This document shows, piece by piece, positions 6,053 to 15,038 of a stretch of 64,000 nucleotides of DNA. The DNA is from a virus. How positions within the stretch are numbered: the stretch's first letter is position 1; every line of letters begins with the position of its first letter. The stretch is from the IMG/VR virus record IMGVR_UViG_3300047284_000202, positions 23,170 through 87,169 of that record; one strand, written 5' to 3'. The notes under the pieces were generated by a model, which had not been told where the DNA came from, did not search any database, and was given only the letters and a program-made list of their open reading frames with translations. The position numbers and the translations under genes are program-made.

Positions 6053-6248
6053 TCGTGCTTTGTATCAACTTGAACGTGCTATTGATGCACTTTCACAAAT
6101 GGCAAAATATCTAAGGGAAGAACAGACACCTGTTTCATTTACTGATCTGAGTTCTGGATATAATCATTCTTCTTACTGGTATGATTTTGATCGAAATCAA
6201 CCAATCAATTTTGCTTCTTCTAGTTCTCCTGATGTTATTGTTTTCTAA
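6036..6248 (+). CDS. Hypothetical protein
   Basis: ORF in operon context. Confidence 0.55.
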   Translation: MTTMNDRALYQLERAIDALSQMAKYLREEQTPVSFTDLSSGYNHSSYWYDFDRNQPINFASSSSPDVIVF

Positions 6249-6250
6249 TT

Positions 6251-6496
6251 ATGCTCCGTATCAAAGTCGAACTTGAACCTTTCGGTATGACGATTGGTGG
6301 TAAACAACTTGCAGAGATTCGTATCTGGAATTCCACTGGAAAGGGTCTCACTGCAAAACATAATTATGAATATGAAGTATACGAACCAACTCCTCTGAAT
6401 GGAGAACCTATCATGAAACGTGGTAGTGTGAAAGGTTACGATAGACAGCAACCAGTTCTCAATCTGGTCAAAGAGGTCTTGACAGATTTGGACTGA
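6251..6496 (+). CDS. Hypothetical protein
   Basis: ORF in operon context. Confidence 0.6.
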   Translation: MLRIKVELEPFGMTIGGKQLAEIRIWNSTGKGLTAKHNYEYEVYEPTPLNGEPIMKRGSVKGYDRQQPVLNLVKEVLTDLD

Positions 6497-6508
6497 TCTC
6501 TATATAAT
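6479..6508 (+). promoter_or_regulatory. Sigma70-type promoter for hli-petF
   Basis: TTGACA at 6479-6484 and TATAAT at 6503-6508. Confidence 0.75.
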
Positions 6509-6530
6509 ACAGTCTGTTAAAAAACTTAAC

Positions 6531-6749
6531 ATGACCACAACGACTAATGAATTTGGCCAACAAAACATGTTTGCCAAAGAACCAACAATGTACATTTCTG
6601 AAGAGGTAATTGAAGCTATGGATAACGGTGTATACGAAACTCACAACGAAAAAGCAGAACGTCTGAATGGTCGTCTTGCCATGATTGGATTTGTTGCTGC
6701 TGTCGGTGCATATCTAATGACTGGTCAGATTATTCCTGGGATTCTCTGA
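6531..6749 (+). CDS. hli: High-light-inducible protein
   Basis: AERLNGRLAMIGF chlorophyll-binding motif and TGQIIPG tail. Confidence 0.95.
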   Translation: MTTTTNEFGQQNMFAKEPTMYISEEVIEAMDNGVYETHNEKAERLNGRLAMIGFVAAVGAYLMTGQIIPGIL

Positions 6750-6762
6750 CATTCGATTGACA

Positions 6763-6849
6763 ATGACAGAACTCTTATTTACAATGACTAGTGTTGCCTT
6801 CTTTGTATTGTTGGCAGCATCCGTAGAAAAACTTTGTGAAACTTACTAA
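6763..6849 (+). CDS. 28-aa single-helix membrane microprotein, not in the ORF track
   Basis: [28 protein letters not shown]; TAATG overlap with the petF start. Confidence 0.55.
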   Translation: MTELLFTMTSVAFFVLLAASVEKLCETY

Positions 6850-7139
6850 TGACCTATCAAATTACTCTTCGTTCCCCTGATGGAACCGAACAAACTATTC
6901 AGTGTGCTGAGGATCAATACATTCTCGAAGCAGCAGAAGAAGCAGGAGTAGATCTTCCTTCGTCATGTAAAGCTGGTGCCTGCTCTGCTTGTGCTGGCAA
7001 ACTGATTGAAGGTGAAGTTGATAACGAGGAGCAATCGTTCCTTGATGATGATCAAATGGCAGATGGATGGGTGCTTACCTGTGTAGCATATCCTAAATCT
7101 GATTGTGTAATTCTAACCGAACAGGAAGAGAATCTGTGA
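6849..7139 (+). CDS. petF: Plant-type [2Fe-2S] ferredoxin
   Basis: [14 protein letters not shown]...VLTCVAYP. Confidence 0.95.
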   Translation: MTYQITLRSPDGTEQTIQCAEDQYILEAAEEAGVDLPSSCKAGACSACAGKLIEGEVDNEEQSFLDDDQMADGWVLTCVAYPKSDCVILTEQEENL

Positions 7140-7297
7140 TTACAACTGGAGATATGTTAGGGCAATTTAGTCTTGCCCTTCAACAACTTATAGAAGAAGG
7201 TATCTGGGATAAAGACGACGAACTAGAAGTCAAAGTCGCAGGTACGTTAAAGAAAGATAAATTCATTGTCATTCAGAATAAAACCAAGAGGGGGTGA
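7136..7297 (+). CDS. Small hypothetical protein
   Basis: GTGA overlap with the petF stop; followed by a hairpin and U-tract. Confidence 0.5.
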   Translation: MITTGDMLGQFSLALQQLIEEGIWDKDDELEVKVAGTLKKDKFIVIQNKTKRG

Positions 7298-7309
7298 CCC
7301 CTCTTTTTT
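7285..7309 (+). terminator. Rho-independent terminator
   Basis: AAGAGGGG-GTGA-CCCCTCTT followed by a T run. Confidence 0.8.
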
Positions 7310-7323
7310 CTTGTCCAGCCCCC

Positions 7324-7357
7324 TTGACAGGGTTTCCTGACCGTGCTATTATAAATA
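7324..7357 (+). promoter_or_regulatory. Overlapping early (sigma70) and late (gp55-type) promoters of psbA
   Basis: TTGACA-17 nt-TATTAT (7324-7352), with TATAAATA at 7350-7357. Confidence 0.8.
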
Positions 7358-7419
7358 AATGTTAAGGGATGGAAACATTCTTTAATAATTTATTCCCCCA
7401 ATTACTCGGAGTATTATCT

Positions 7420-8499
7420 ATGGTTGCTACTATTGCTCAACGTAGGCAAGAAAGCACATGGGAACAGTTCTGTGAGTGGGTAACATCAACCGATAACCGT
7501 CTTTATGTCGGTTGGTTCGGAGTCCTGATGATTCCTTGCCTGCTTGCTGCTACTATCTGTTTCATTGTTGCTTTTATTGCTGCACCTCCCGTCGATATTG
7601 ACGGTATCCGTGAACCTGTTGCTGGTTCACTCATGTACGGAAACAACATTATCTCTGGTGCTGTTGTTCCCTCGTCTAATGCTATTGGACTGCACTTTTA
7701 TCCCATTTGGGAAGCACTTAGCCTCGATGAGTGGCTATATAATGGTGGACCATTCCAACTGGTCGTCTTCCATTTTCTAATTGGTATCTATGCCTACATG
7801 GGTCGTGAATGGGAACTATCTTACCGACTGGGTATGCGTCCTTGGATTTGTGTTGCCTACTCTGCACCCGTTGCTGCTGCTAGCGCAGTGTTTCTGGTCT
7901 ATCCCTTCGGTCAAGGATCCTTCTCTGATGCAATGCCTCTGGGGATTTCGGGAACTTTCAACTACATGCTTGTTTTCCAGGCAGAACACAACATTCTCAT
8001 GCATCCTTTCCACATGCTGGGAGTTGCTGGGGTCTTCGGTGGTTCTCTTTTCTCTGCTATGCACGGATCTCTTGTCACCTCTAGTCTTGTACGTGAGACT
8101 ACAGAAACTGAATCCCAAAACTACGGATACAAGTTTGGACAAGAAGAAGAGACCTACAACATTGTCGCAGCTCATGGATACTTTGGACGACTCATTTTCC
8201 AGTATGCAAGCTTCAACAACAGTCGCAGTCTTCACTTTTTCCTTGCTGCTTGGCCTGTTGTTGGTATTTGGTTTACTGCTCTTGGTGTTAGCACTATGGC
8301 ATTCAACTTGAATGGTTTCAACTTTAACCAGTCGATCGTTGATAGTCAGAACCGTGTGATTCCTACTTGGGCAGACATCCTGAACCGTGGTGGTCTGGGT
8401 ATGGAAGTGATGCATGAACGTAATGCTCACAACTTCCCTCTTGACCTTGCTGCTGCTGATATGACTCCTGTAGCACTCACAGCACCTGCAATCGGTTGA
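7420..8499 (+). CDS. psbA: Photosystem II reaction-centre protein D1, with no intron
   Basis: Full D1 sequence ([14 protein letters not shown]...[13 protein letters not shown]). ATG at 7420 follows GGAG. Confidence 0.99.
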   Translation: MVATIAQRRQESTWEQFCEWVTSTDNRLYVGWFGVLMIPCLLAATICFIVAFIAAPPVDIDGIREPVAGSLMYGNNIISGAVVPSSNAIGLHFYPIWEALSLDEWLYNGGPFQLVVFHFLIGIYAYMGREWELSYRLGMRPWICVAYSAPVAAASAVFLVYPFGQGSFSDAMPLGISGTFNYMLVFQAEHNILMHPFHMLGVAGVFGGSLFSAMHGSLVTSSLVRETTETESQNYGYKFGQEEETYNIVAAHGYFGRLIFQYASFNNSRSLHFFLAAWPVVGIWFTALGVSTMAFNLNGFNFNQSIVDSQNRVIPTWADILNRGGLGMEVMHERNAHNFPLDLAAADMTPVALTAPAIG

Positions 8500-8541
8500 T
8501 ACTCGGATTCCTAATAAACGACGTTTATTGAGAAAACAACT

Positions 8542-8569
8542 AAACCACTCCTTCGGGGGTGGTTTTTTT
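8542..8569 (+). terminator. psbA terminator
   Basis: AAACCACTCC-TTCG-GGGGTGGTTT followed by a T run (cUUCGg tetraloop). Confidence 0.85.
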
Positions 8570-8602
8570 GTAACAATAAATAAATGTAAGTTGCAAATAC
8601 TT

Positions 8603-8977
8603 ATGGGTCCCCAACACTCGTTTAAGTCCTACTTGTACAATCTGGAAACAACAAGTAAAGCAGAAGCAAAACGAATGTGGAAAAGAAGTATAAAAGAACA
8701 ATGGGAACATAAGTGTGCCTACTGTGAGTCAGAAGAAAATATCACACTAGATCATATTCTTCCTCAGTGTAAGGGTGGACTTGATGTTAAGACTAACGTA
8801 GTTGCTTGCTGTCATTCTTGCAATCAGGATAAGGGACATACACCTTGGGAAGAGTGGTACTTCAATCAACATTTCTTTTCTCATGAAAATTATGAGAAGA
8901 TTAATAACTGGATGAAACCAGATAGACCTACTAATCTTTATGCATATCCACCCAGAAAGAATTACATTCCAAAGTAA
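8603..8977 (+). CDS. Free-standing HNH endonuclease
   Basis: KCAYCE...TLDHILP...GG...NVVACCHSCNQDKG. Late-promoter-like AATAAATA upstream. Confidence 0.9.
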   Translation: MGPQHSFKSYLYNLETTSKAEAKRMWKRSIKEQWEHKCAYCESEENITLDHILPQCKGGLDVKTNVVACCHSCNQDKGHTPWEEWYFNQHFFSHENYEKINNWMKPDRPTNLYAYPPRKNYIPK

Positions 8978-9011
8978 CTAAATATTGTACACAGAATTTG
9001 GTGATTATGAA

Positions 9012-9356
9012 ATGAGAAATGGAATTAAAGTGGGTCGTCATGCTATCTTTGAATTATATGGTTGTGAATCATCACTCTTGGATGATGAACAATATATCGT
9101 AGATAGTCTTACTAGAGTTGCAGAAGAATTAGGTGCAACAGTATTGTCCACTTCAAGCCATAAATTTTCACCACAAGGAGTAACAGCAATACTGCTGTTA
9201 TCGGAAAGTCATATAAGTATTCATACATGGCCAGAGAAACAATTTGCCACATGTGATATCTTTACTTGTGGAACATGTGTCCCCGAGGATGGAATTGAAA
9301 TTTTTAAATCAAAGTTCAAAGCAACAGAAACAAACTCTATAGTTTTCGATAGATAA
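9012..9356 (+). CDS. speD: S-adenosylmethionine decarboxylase proenzyme (start could be 8985)
   Basis: HKFSPQGVTAILLLSESHISIHTWPE...DIFTCG with the ES self-cleavage site. Confidence 0.95.
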   Translation: MRNGIKVGRHAIFELYGCESSLLDDEQYIVDSLTRVAEELGATVLSTSSHKFSPQGVTAILLLSESHISIHTWPEKQFATCDIFTCGTCVPEDGIEIFKSKFKATETNSIVFDR

Positions 9357-12313
9357 TGGCAGATACAAACAAAGGACAAACTAATAATCCAGATCAGCAT
9401 TGTTATACCAATGAGGAACCAACACAAGATGCTGGTGAATACTATAGAAGTTTTGTGCGTGATCCAAGGACTGTTTTTAGTCCTGCTCCACAAATGCCTG
9501 ACCCTGTGCGTGGGTTGTCAGATAACTTGGATCAACTTTGTTATCCATCTGAAGCACCAATGTCTATTGCTTCTTATGTACCAGAAGAGGAAGGACTTAA
9601 ATTACCTTCTTTTACTTTCGAAGGTCCAATAGATATCTGTAAATGGATTCCTGACCTTTGTGATAAACTACCAAAAACATTTTCCATTGACTTTGATGGT
9701 GTCAAACCATGCATAGTTCTTGAGGGTGATGAATGTTATGATCCAACTGAGTGGGATTTTGAACCAAACTCTTGTATTCAAGATGCAATTGAATGTATCT
9801 TCAAACCATTTTCTCAGGCTGGTGGATGGTTGCCAACTGCTTCTGACTGTGACACATTTTATCCACCAGGTTTTAATAGAAACCCAGACAATAAGACTTG
9901 TATTTTGAATTGTGTTCCAGAAAGAATTCCAGTCTATGAATGGAAGTGGAATGGTAGTGATAAAACAGATTACTACTACACAACAAATGAAAATGAAACT
10001 CCTTCTGGATATGTGAGAGTTAGACCTGCATCATCTGGTGGTTCTGTTGCTAAGATTTCCATCTCCACTGCACAATCTGCTGGTGTATATCAGCAAGGTA
10101 ATTGGAAAGAGATGAAAATTGACAAGTCATATGTCAACGAGGCAGGTAATTTGTGGTGGCCAAGTCTTCCTAATAAAAAATTTGAAGGTAAGTTTAGACT
10201 TGGAAATAAAGGTGCAGTGGTCGAGATGATCATTGCTGGAAAACGTGATGGTGGTGAATGGGATACCAGATATGTTCTGAAAGGATTTGAGAATAGAGGT
10301 GACGGATATACAGTTGGGGAAACATATGAACTCAGATCTTTAGATAGTAGTAATACTCTTCTTGGGTATGTTCAAATCTCAGAAATCAAATCCCAAGAAC
10401 CTAGTTTTTACATTCTCAAAAATGCACAGATGAATTCATCTGGAAATGTCGTTCCCCTATATCATCTGTTCTCTTCCAGCAGACAGGATAGTTTGTTAAC
10501 GACAGATTTATCTGCAGAATCTAATAGAATTAGTAATGGATCATATGTAGTTAAGGGTATTTTGGGTTATGTTTTCAAGAACAAAGATAATGTAGATGAT
10601 TATCTTTGTGAAGGTGAGACTATTACTAGTCTCTATCGTTATTATCAAAGTTCTGCTGCAGGTGGTGGGCAGACTCATGTTGACCATAGGTACAGTACTA
10701 TTCCCCTTGCTGTTAATGAACAACTAAAACCAGGTGAGAAAAAGTTATACTATAAAATTCCATTTCAACCTTTGAGTCCTATTATAATTCGTTATAAGGC
10801 ACAAAGAGGAAGTGCAGGAAAGAAAAGTTCCTGGGGATATTATTTTGCAAATGAATCTGGAATCCCTCAAGTTGGTTATGTCCTCAGAAAGAACATGACA
10901 GACTCTGTTGCATCAGCTAATGTTGAACTATCCGTAAATACGTTGTCAACGTATGCTGGTGGATATATTGGATTCTTTTTAATTCCTGGTGGAAATGCAG
11001 ATACAAATATTTCTGATGGATCTCAGGTAACTTTTACTGAGGTCTCAATTAATGGTCAACGAGGATATCGAGCTTATGTGAATGGCAACTTAGTATATGC
11101 TAGAGCAGGTGTTTCTGGAAATTCTAATGGAGGGGAAAATTATATTTTCTTCAGTGATAATCAATTAAATCCATATCAAAAAACCTGGACTCGTTGGAGT
11201 GGTAAGATTCAGGGATGGGAGGATTGGTATGGTGGAGATGATGATTATGATGATATTAAAGTTGACTACAATGTAAAGTGGAAAACTGGTACAAATTACA
11301 AGGCAGAAGGAATTCAATGCTATCTGTTTAAAGATGATGTACTACCAAAAGTTTACATGACATCTCAAGTTAGAGTTGGTTGTGAGGCTGATAGACTATT
11401 CAAAACTTCATTTAAAGATCCAATTATAAAAAGATTAGGATGTGGATCTACGGTTGATGGCACATATCAATCTGGAACTTGCACAGGAAATTATGTTGTA
11501 ACCACAAACTGTGATCAAACAATCACATGTAGAATGGATGGTGATATTACATTAATGTCTTGGGGTTGTGATGTTCTCAGTGATTTCAAAGAAACATCTT
11601 GGAGAATGAGGTTCACTAAAAATGGTGAATATATTTTAGATGAAGTTTATTCCGCAGCAACCTTCCCCAAAAAGGGAAGAGTTTTGCATCCAACATTTGA
11701 TGTGAAGGCTGGTGATAGTTTGAGGTTTGAATTGTTAGAGATTCAATCTGGATCTCCCAATGGAATCGTATTCCCTAAAATTAGTTTGTATGATGAATTG
11801 AATGAGATTCATGAATCAGTTATCAACATAACTATTAATACAAAATCACATGATACAACATCATACACAACATCAGTTGCTAATGATGGAACTGGCATTA
11901 AACAGATTAGAATTGAGAGCAGTGATGGAACACAATCTGTAATTGGATATGATAATAATGCTACTCAAGCATCACTGATTGTAAATGATGGTGATAACTT
12001 ATGGAGAAAAATTAAAGCATCTGATAGAAACGATACTTTATATCAAAGAGTTTCTTATTCTTTCCAGAAGAGTAATCAGGGAACCAATGGTCCTCTCGAT
12101 GCAATTATTCAAGTTAGAGTTGAACCTGTTATGGGATCTAATAATAGATACCAAACAAAAGTCACTATCGAACAGGTAGTATTCAAAGGAAGAGGATTTG
12201 CAGTTGGAGATAAAATTGTGTTAGACTGGCCCAATGCCATGTATGTTGGTACGACAAGGATTCCTCAGAATAAAAAATTTCAATTTAAATTGACAGTAAC
12301 AGGTGTTAACTAA
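9356..12313 (+). CDS. Large putative virion or adhesin protein with a DUF4114-like domain
   Basis: Beta-rich, with IGFFLIPGG...GWEDWYGGDDDYDD and a Cys/Pro-rich N-terminus. Confidence 0.55.
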   Translation: MADTNKGQTNNPDQHCYTNEEPTQDAGEYYRSFVRDPRTVFSPAPQMPDPVRGLSDNLDQLCYPSEAPMSIASYVPEEEGLKLPSFTFEGPIDICKWIPDLCDKLPKTFSIDFDGVKPCIVLEGDECYDPTEWDFEPNSCIQDAIECIFKPFSQAGGWLPTASDCDTFYPPGFNRNPDNKTCILNCVPERIPVYEWKWNGSDKTDYYYTTNENETPSGYVRVRPASSGGSVAKISISTAQSAGVYQQGNWKEMKIDKSYVNEAGNLWWPSLPNKKFEGKFRLGNKGAVVEMIIAGKRDGGEWDTRYVLKGFENRGDGYTVGETYELRSLDSSNTLLGYVQISEIKSQEPSFYILKNAQMNSSGNVVPLYHLFSSSRQDSLLTTDLSAESNRISNGSYVVKGILGYVFKNKDNVDDYLCEGETITSLYRYYQSSAAGGGQTHVDHRYSTIPLAVNEQLKPGEKKLYYKIPFQPLSPIIIRYKAQRGSAGKKSSWGYYFANESGIPQVGYVLRKNMTDSVASANVELSVNTLSTYAGGYIGFFLIPGGNADTNISDGSQVTFTEVSINGQRGYRAYVNGNLVYARAGVSGNSNGGENYIFFSDNQLNPYQKTWTRWSGKIQGWEDWYGGDDDYDDIKVDYNVKWKTGTNYKAEGIQCYLFKDDVLPKVYMTSQVRVGCEADRLFKTSFKDPIIKRLGCGSTVDGTYQSGTCTGNYVVTTNCDQTITCRMDGDITLMSWGCDVLSDFKETSWRMRFTKNGEYILDEVYSAATFPKKGRVLHPTFDVKAGDSLRFELLEIQSGSPNGIVFPKISLYDELNEIHESVINITINTKSHDTTSYTTSVANDGTGIKQIRIESSDGTQSVIGYDNNATQASLIVNDGDNLWRKIKASDRNDTLYQRVSYSFQKSNQGTNGPLDAIIQVRVEPVMGSNNRYQTKVTIEQVVFKGRGFAVGDKIVLDWPNAMYVGTTRIPQNKKFQFKLTVTGVN

Positions 12314-12600
12314 TGAATGATTTTAATTTAGAACCAGAAATTGAATCTGCTGCCAAACGCAACAGTAACTGGGATAGGAAACTTGCAAGTTCGATTATGG
12401 AACTTCAGGATCTCCAATCCGTAATGAAAAAATATGAAAGTGATCCAGCAGAGATGCGAAAGCAAATCAAAAAGGTAAGAAAGTATCACAAGTCTCCCCT
12501 TGCCGCAATTAAAGTTTTGGATATCCCCAAAGAGAGCTTGACAAATCCTGTGGACCTTGCTATGCTAGATAATGTGGATGAAAATCCATTACAACCTTAA
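12313..12600 (+). CDS. Hypothetical protein
   Basis: TAATG-coupled ORF. Confidence 0.6.
   Translation: MNDFNLEPEIESAAKRNSNWDRKLASSIMELQDLQSVMKKYESDPAEMRKQIKKVRKYHKSPLAAIKVLDIPKESLTNPVDLAMLDNVDENPLQP
12538..12566 (+). promoter_or_regulatory. Sigma70-type promoter for the porin
   Basis: TTGACA-17 nt-TATGCT. Confidence 0.7.
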
Positions 12601-12614
12601 TGATACTAATGTTT

Positions 12615-14093
12615 ATGAAACTCAATCAACTGATGCTTGCACCTGTTGCTCTGGGAATGGTTGCTCCTGTTGCTGCGAATGCCGCAGACCTTAATATGGC
12701 AGCAGTCAATCAATATTCCTCAGAACAGGTTACAAGTGTTTCGCAACTGTCTGATGTCCGTCCTACCGATTGGGCATATCAGGCACTCACTAATCTCGTT
12801 GACCGTTATGGTTGCGTTGCTGGTTATCCTAACGGCACCTATGGTGGTGGTCGTGCTATGACTCGTTATGAGGCAGCAGCACTTCTGAATGCTTGTCTCG
12901 ATCGTGTGACTGAAGTTACTGATGAACTCAAACGTCTTACTAGTGAGTTTGCTGCTGAACTTACTGTTCTTCGTGGTCGTGTTGACGGACTTGAAGCTAA
13001 AGTTGGTCAACTGGAAGCAACTCAATTCTCTACCACTACCAAACTGAAGGGTGAAGCAAATTTCATTCTCGGTGGTGTTCCTGGTGCTCGTACCACGAAC
13101 GGTGCTAATGTTGGAAACACTGCTTTCAACTATGATCTTCGTCTGAACTTTGATACTTCGTTTACTGGTAAGGACTTGCTCCGTACTCGTCTTCGTTCTG
13201 GCAACTTCAGTGCTCAACCTTTCGGTTCCAGTTCTTCAATCCTGAAACTGGATAAGGCAGAGACTTACGAAAATCAAGTTACTCTTGACCGTCTGTACTA
13301 CAGTTTCCCTGCACTTGCTAAGGGTGTAACTCTTACTGCAGGTCCTCTGGTTCGTAACACTGAGATGGCATGGATTCCTACTGCCTACCGTTCAGAAATC
13401 CTTGACTTCTTCACCACTGCTGGTGTTCCTGGTGTCTATAACAAGGCAACTGGAGCTGGTTTCGGTGCTCAGTATGTTCAACCTGGTAAGAAAGGTGGAT
13501 TTGTTGCTGGTGTAAACTATGTTGCCCAAAATGGTGATAACAGTGACACTGGTGTGTTCAATGAGCAAGGTGCTCTGAATACCCTGGCACAAATCGGTTA
13601 TCGTGCCCCTCAGTACGGTATTGCTTTTGGTTATCGTTATGGTACTCAAGGCACCCGTGTTCGTACCTACAATGGTCTTCTCGGTGCTAACGGTACTCTT
13701 GCTGCTAACCAAACCTCGAATGGTTATGCTGTGAATGCTTACTGGCAACCCAAGACATCTGGCATCATTCCTTCTGTGAGTGGTGGTTATGGTTGGAACA
13801 CTGTCAGTGGACCTTCGACTCCTAGAAATGCAACCAACACCTCTACTTGGTTTGCTGGTCTTCAGTGGAGTGATGTGTTCGGCAAAGGCAATGGTGCTGG
13901 TATTGCTTATGGTCAACCTGGCAATGCTGCTGGTCTCAGTGAGAAAGCTGGTCTGCTTGAAATTTTCTATAAGTATCGTGTAAGTGATAACATCAGCATT
14001 ACTCCTGCTGTTATCTACGTTGCTAATAACCAAGCATTCCAAGGTTCTTCCTCTAACTGGGGTGGTGTGATTCAGACGAAGTTTACGTTCTGA
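12615..14093 (+). CDS. som: Cyanobacterial outer-membrane porin (SomA/SomB, iron-uptake porin family) with an SLH domain
   Basis: Signal peptide, SLH domain QVTSVSQLSDVRPTDWAYQAL...YGCVAGYP, QFSTTTKLKGE, and C-terminal TKFTF with terminal Phe. Confidence 0.93.
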   Translation: MKLNQLMLAPVALGMVAPVAANAADLNMAAVNQYSSEQVTSVSQLSDVRPTDWAYQALTNLVDRYGCVAGYPNGTYGGGRAMTRYEAAALLNACLDRVTEVTDELKRLTSEFAAELTVLRGRVDGLEAKVGQLEATQFSTTTKLKGEANFILGGVPGARTTNGANVGNTAFNYDLRLNFDTSFTGKDLLRTRLRSGNFSAQPFGSSSSILKLDKAETYENQVTLDRLYYSFPALAKGVTLTAGPLVRNTEMAWIPTAYRSEILDFFTTAGVPGVYNKATGAGFGAQYVQPGKKGGFVAGVNYVAQNGDNSDTGVFNEQGALNTLAQIGYRAPQYGIAFGYRYGTQGTRVRTYNGLLGANGTLAANQTSNGYAVNAYWQPKTSGIIPSVSGGYGWNTVSGPSTPRNATNTSTWFAGLQWSDVFGKGNGAGIAYGQPGNAAGLSEKAGLLEIFYKYRVSDNISITPAVIYVANNQAFQGSSSNWGGVIQTKFTF

Positions 14094-14106
14094 TACCTTC
14101 GGGGGG

Positions 14107-14136
14107 TTGACGGACCCCCCTTCCACCATATATAAT
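14107..14136 (+). promoter_or_regulatory. Sigma70-type promoter embedded in a GGGGGG/CCCCCC hairpin
   Basis: TTGACG at 14107-14112 and TATAAT at 14131-14136. Confidence 0.65.
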
Positions 14137-14153
14137 GTGGTGGTCAAACAAAT

Positions 14154-14238
14154 GGAAGTGTGGCCGAGTGGTTGAAGGCACTTGTCTTGAAAACAAGCAT
14201 GGTGAAAGCCATCGTGGGTTCGAATCCTACCACTTCCG
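14154..14238 (+). tRNA. tRNA-Ser(TGA)
   Basis: Anticodon arm CTTGT-CTTGAAA-ACAAG, long variable arm, acceptor GGAAGTG/CACTTCC. Confidence 0.95.
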
Positions 14239-14371
14239 TTGGTACTCGTTAGGCAGATAGCCTAGAAGGAGACCAAATTATCACATGCGCCTGGAGATAA
14301 ACTTGTCTGCTGTGATAAGATAGAGGGTAAGTCACTGTTATATCCTTGAGGTATATCACACTTACTCCATC
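14239..14371 (+). ncRNA. Unassigned three-hairpin RNA filling the tRNA-Ser/tRNA-Pro spacer
   Basis: TTGGT..TAGGC/GCCTA..ACCAA, TTATCACA/TGTGATAA, GGGTAAGT/ACTTACTC, and cross-pairing GCAGATA/TGTCTGC. Confidence 0.55.
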
Positions 14372-14372
14372 T

Positions 14373-14446
14373 CGGAATGTAGCTCAGTTTGGTAGAGCAC
14401 TGCTTTTGGGAAGCAGGGGCCGTAGGTTCGAATCCTATCATTCCGA
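14373..14446 (+). tRNA. tRNA-Pro(TGG)
   Basis: Anticodon arm CTGCT-TTTGGGA-AGCAG, acceptor CGGAATG/CATTCCG. Confidence 0.95.
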
Positions 14447-14468
14447 TTCCGTAAATAATGGAGCAAAG

Positions 14469-14717
14469 ATGTCAACACCTAACGTAACTGTAATTTATAC
14501 CAAGAAAGGTTGTCCCTTTTGCGATAAGATTAAAGAGGTTTATAATCTCAAGGGGTGGAGTTATACTGAGTATGTTCTTGATGAACAATTCAATAGGGAC
14601 CAATTCTATAATGAGTTCGGACCTGGTGCGACATTCCCACAAGTCATTATTGATAATAAGAAGACTGGTGGAGCATCCGATACTATTCAATACTTTAAAA
14701 ATAATGGTTTAGTCTGA
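14469..14717 (+). CDS. nrdC: Glutaredoxin
   Basis: IYTKKGCPFC...ATFPQV...GGASD. ATG at 14469 follows GGAG. Confidence 0.92.
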   Translation: MSTPNVTVIYTKKGCPFCDKIKEVYNLKGWSYTEYVLDEQFNRDQFYNEFGPGATFPQVIIDNKKTGGASDTIQYFKNNGLV

Positions 14718-14790
14718 CAATAAATAGTTTTGCCATTACAAAAACAAGGAGGTTGGGTTTCGTAATAGAGGTAGTTTAACGGAGGAACCC

Positions 14791-15030
14791 ATGAGCAGTA
14801 TTGAGTTTTTATACCTGTCATTCTTTATGACAGTCGGAACATTTATTGGTGGATTTATTTTATCTTGGATCACCAAAGATTACGTAGAGGCATTCATTGA
14901 TAATGCCTCATACGCAAAGGCAATTGTGCATCCCGAAATGCTAGACGATGATGGAAGTGTTTTAAGGGATGAGTTGATTTACTTGCATTTCTCAGATGAG
15001 GATGCTATGATGGATGAGGAAGACGATTAA
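14791..15030 (+). CDS. Small membrane protein, hypothetical
   Basis: N-terminal transmembrane helix, HPEMLDDDG motif, GGAGG RBS. Confidence 0.7.
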   Translation: MSSIEFLYLSFFMTVGTFIGGFILSWITKDYVEAFIDNASYAKAIVHPEMLDDDGSVLRDELIYLHFSDEDAMMDEEDD

Positions 15031-15038
15031 GGTCTATT

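Noticed and set aside
7369-7419. N-terminally extended D1 (376 aa)
   Set aside because: The upstream ATG lies in the leader hairpin just after the promoter. The canonical start at 7420 has an RBS and gives a normal-length D1.
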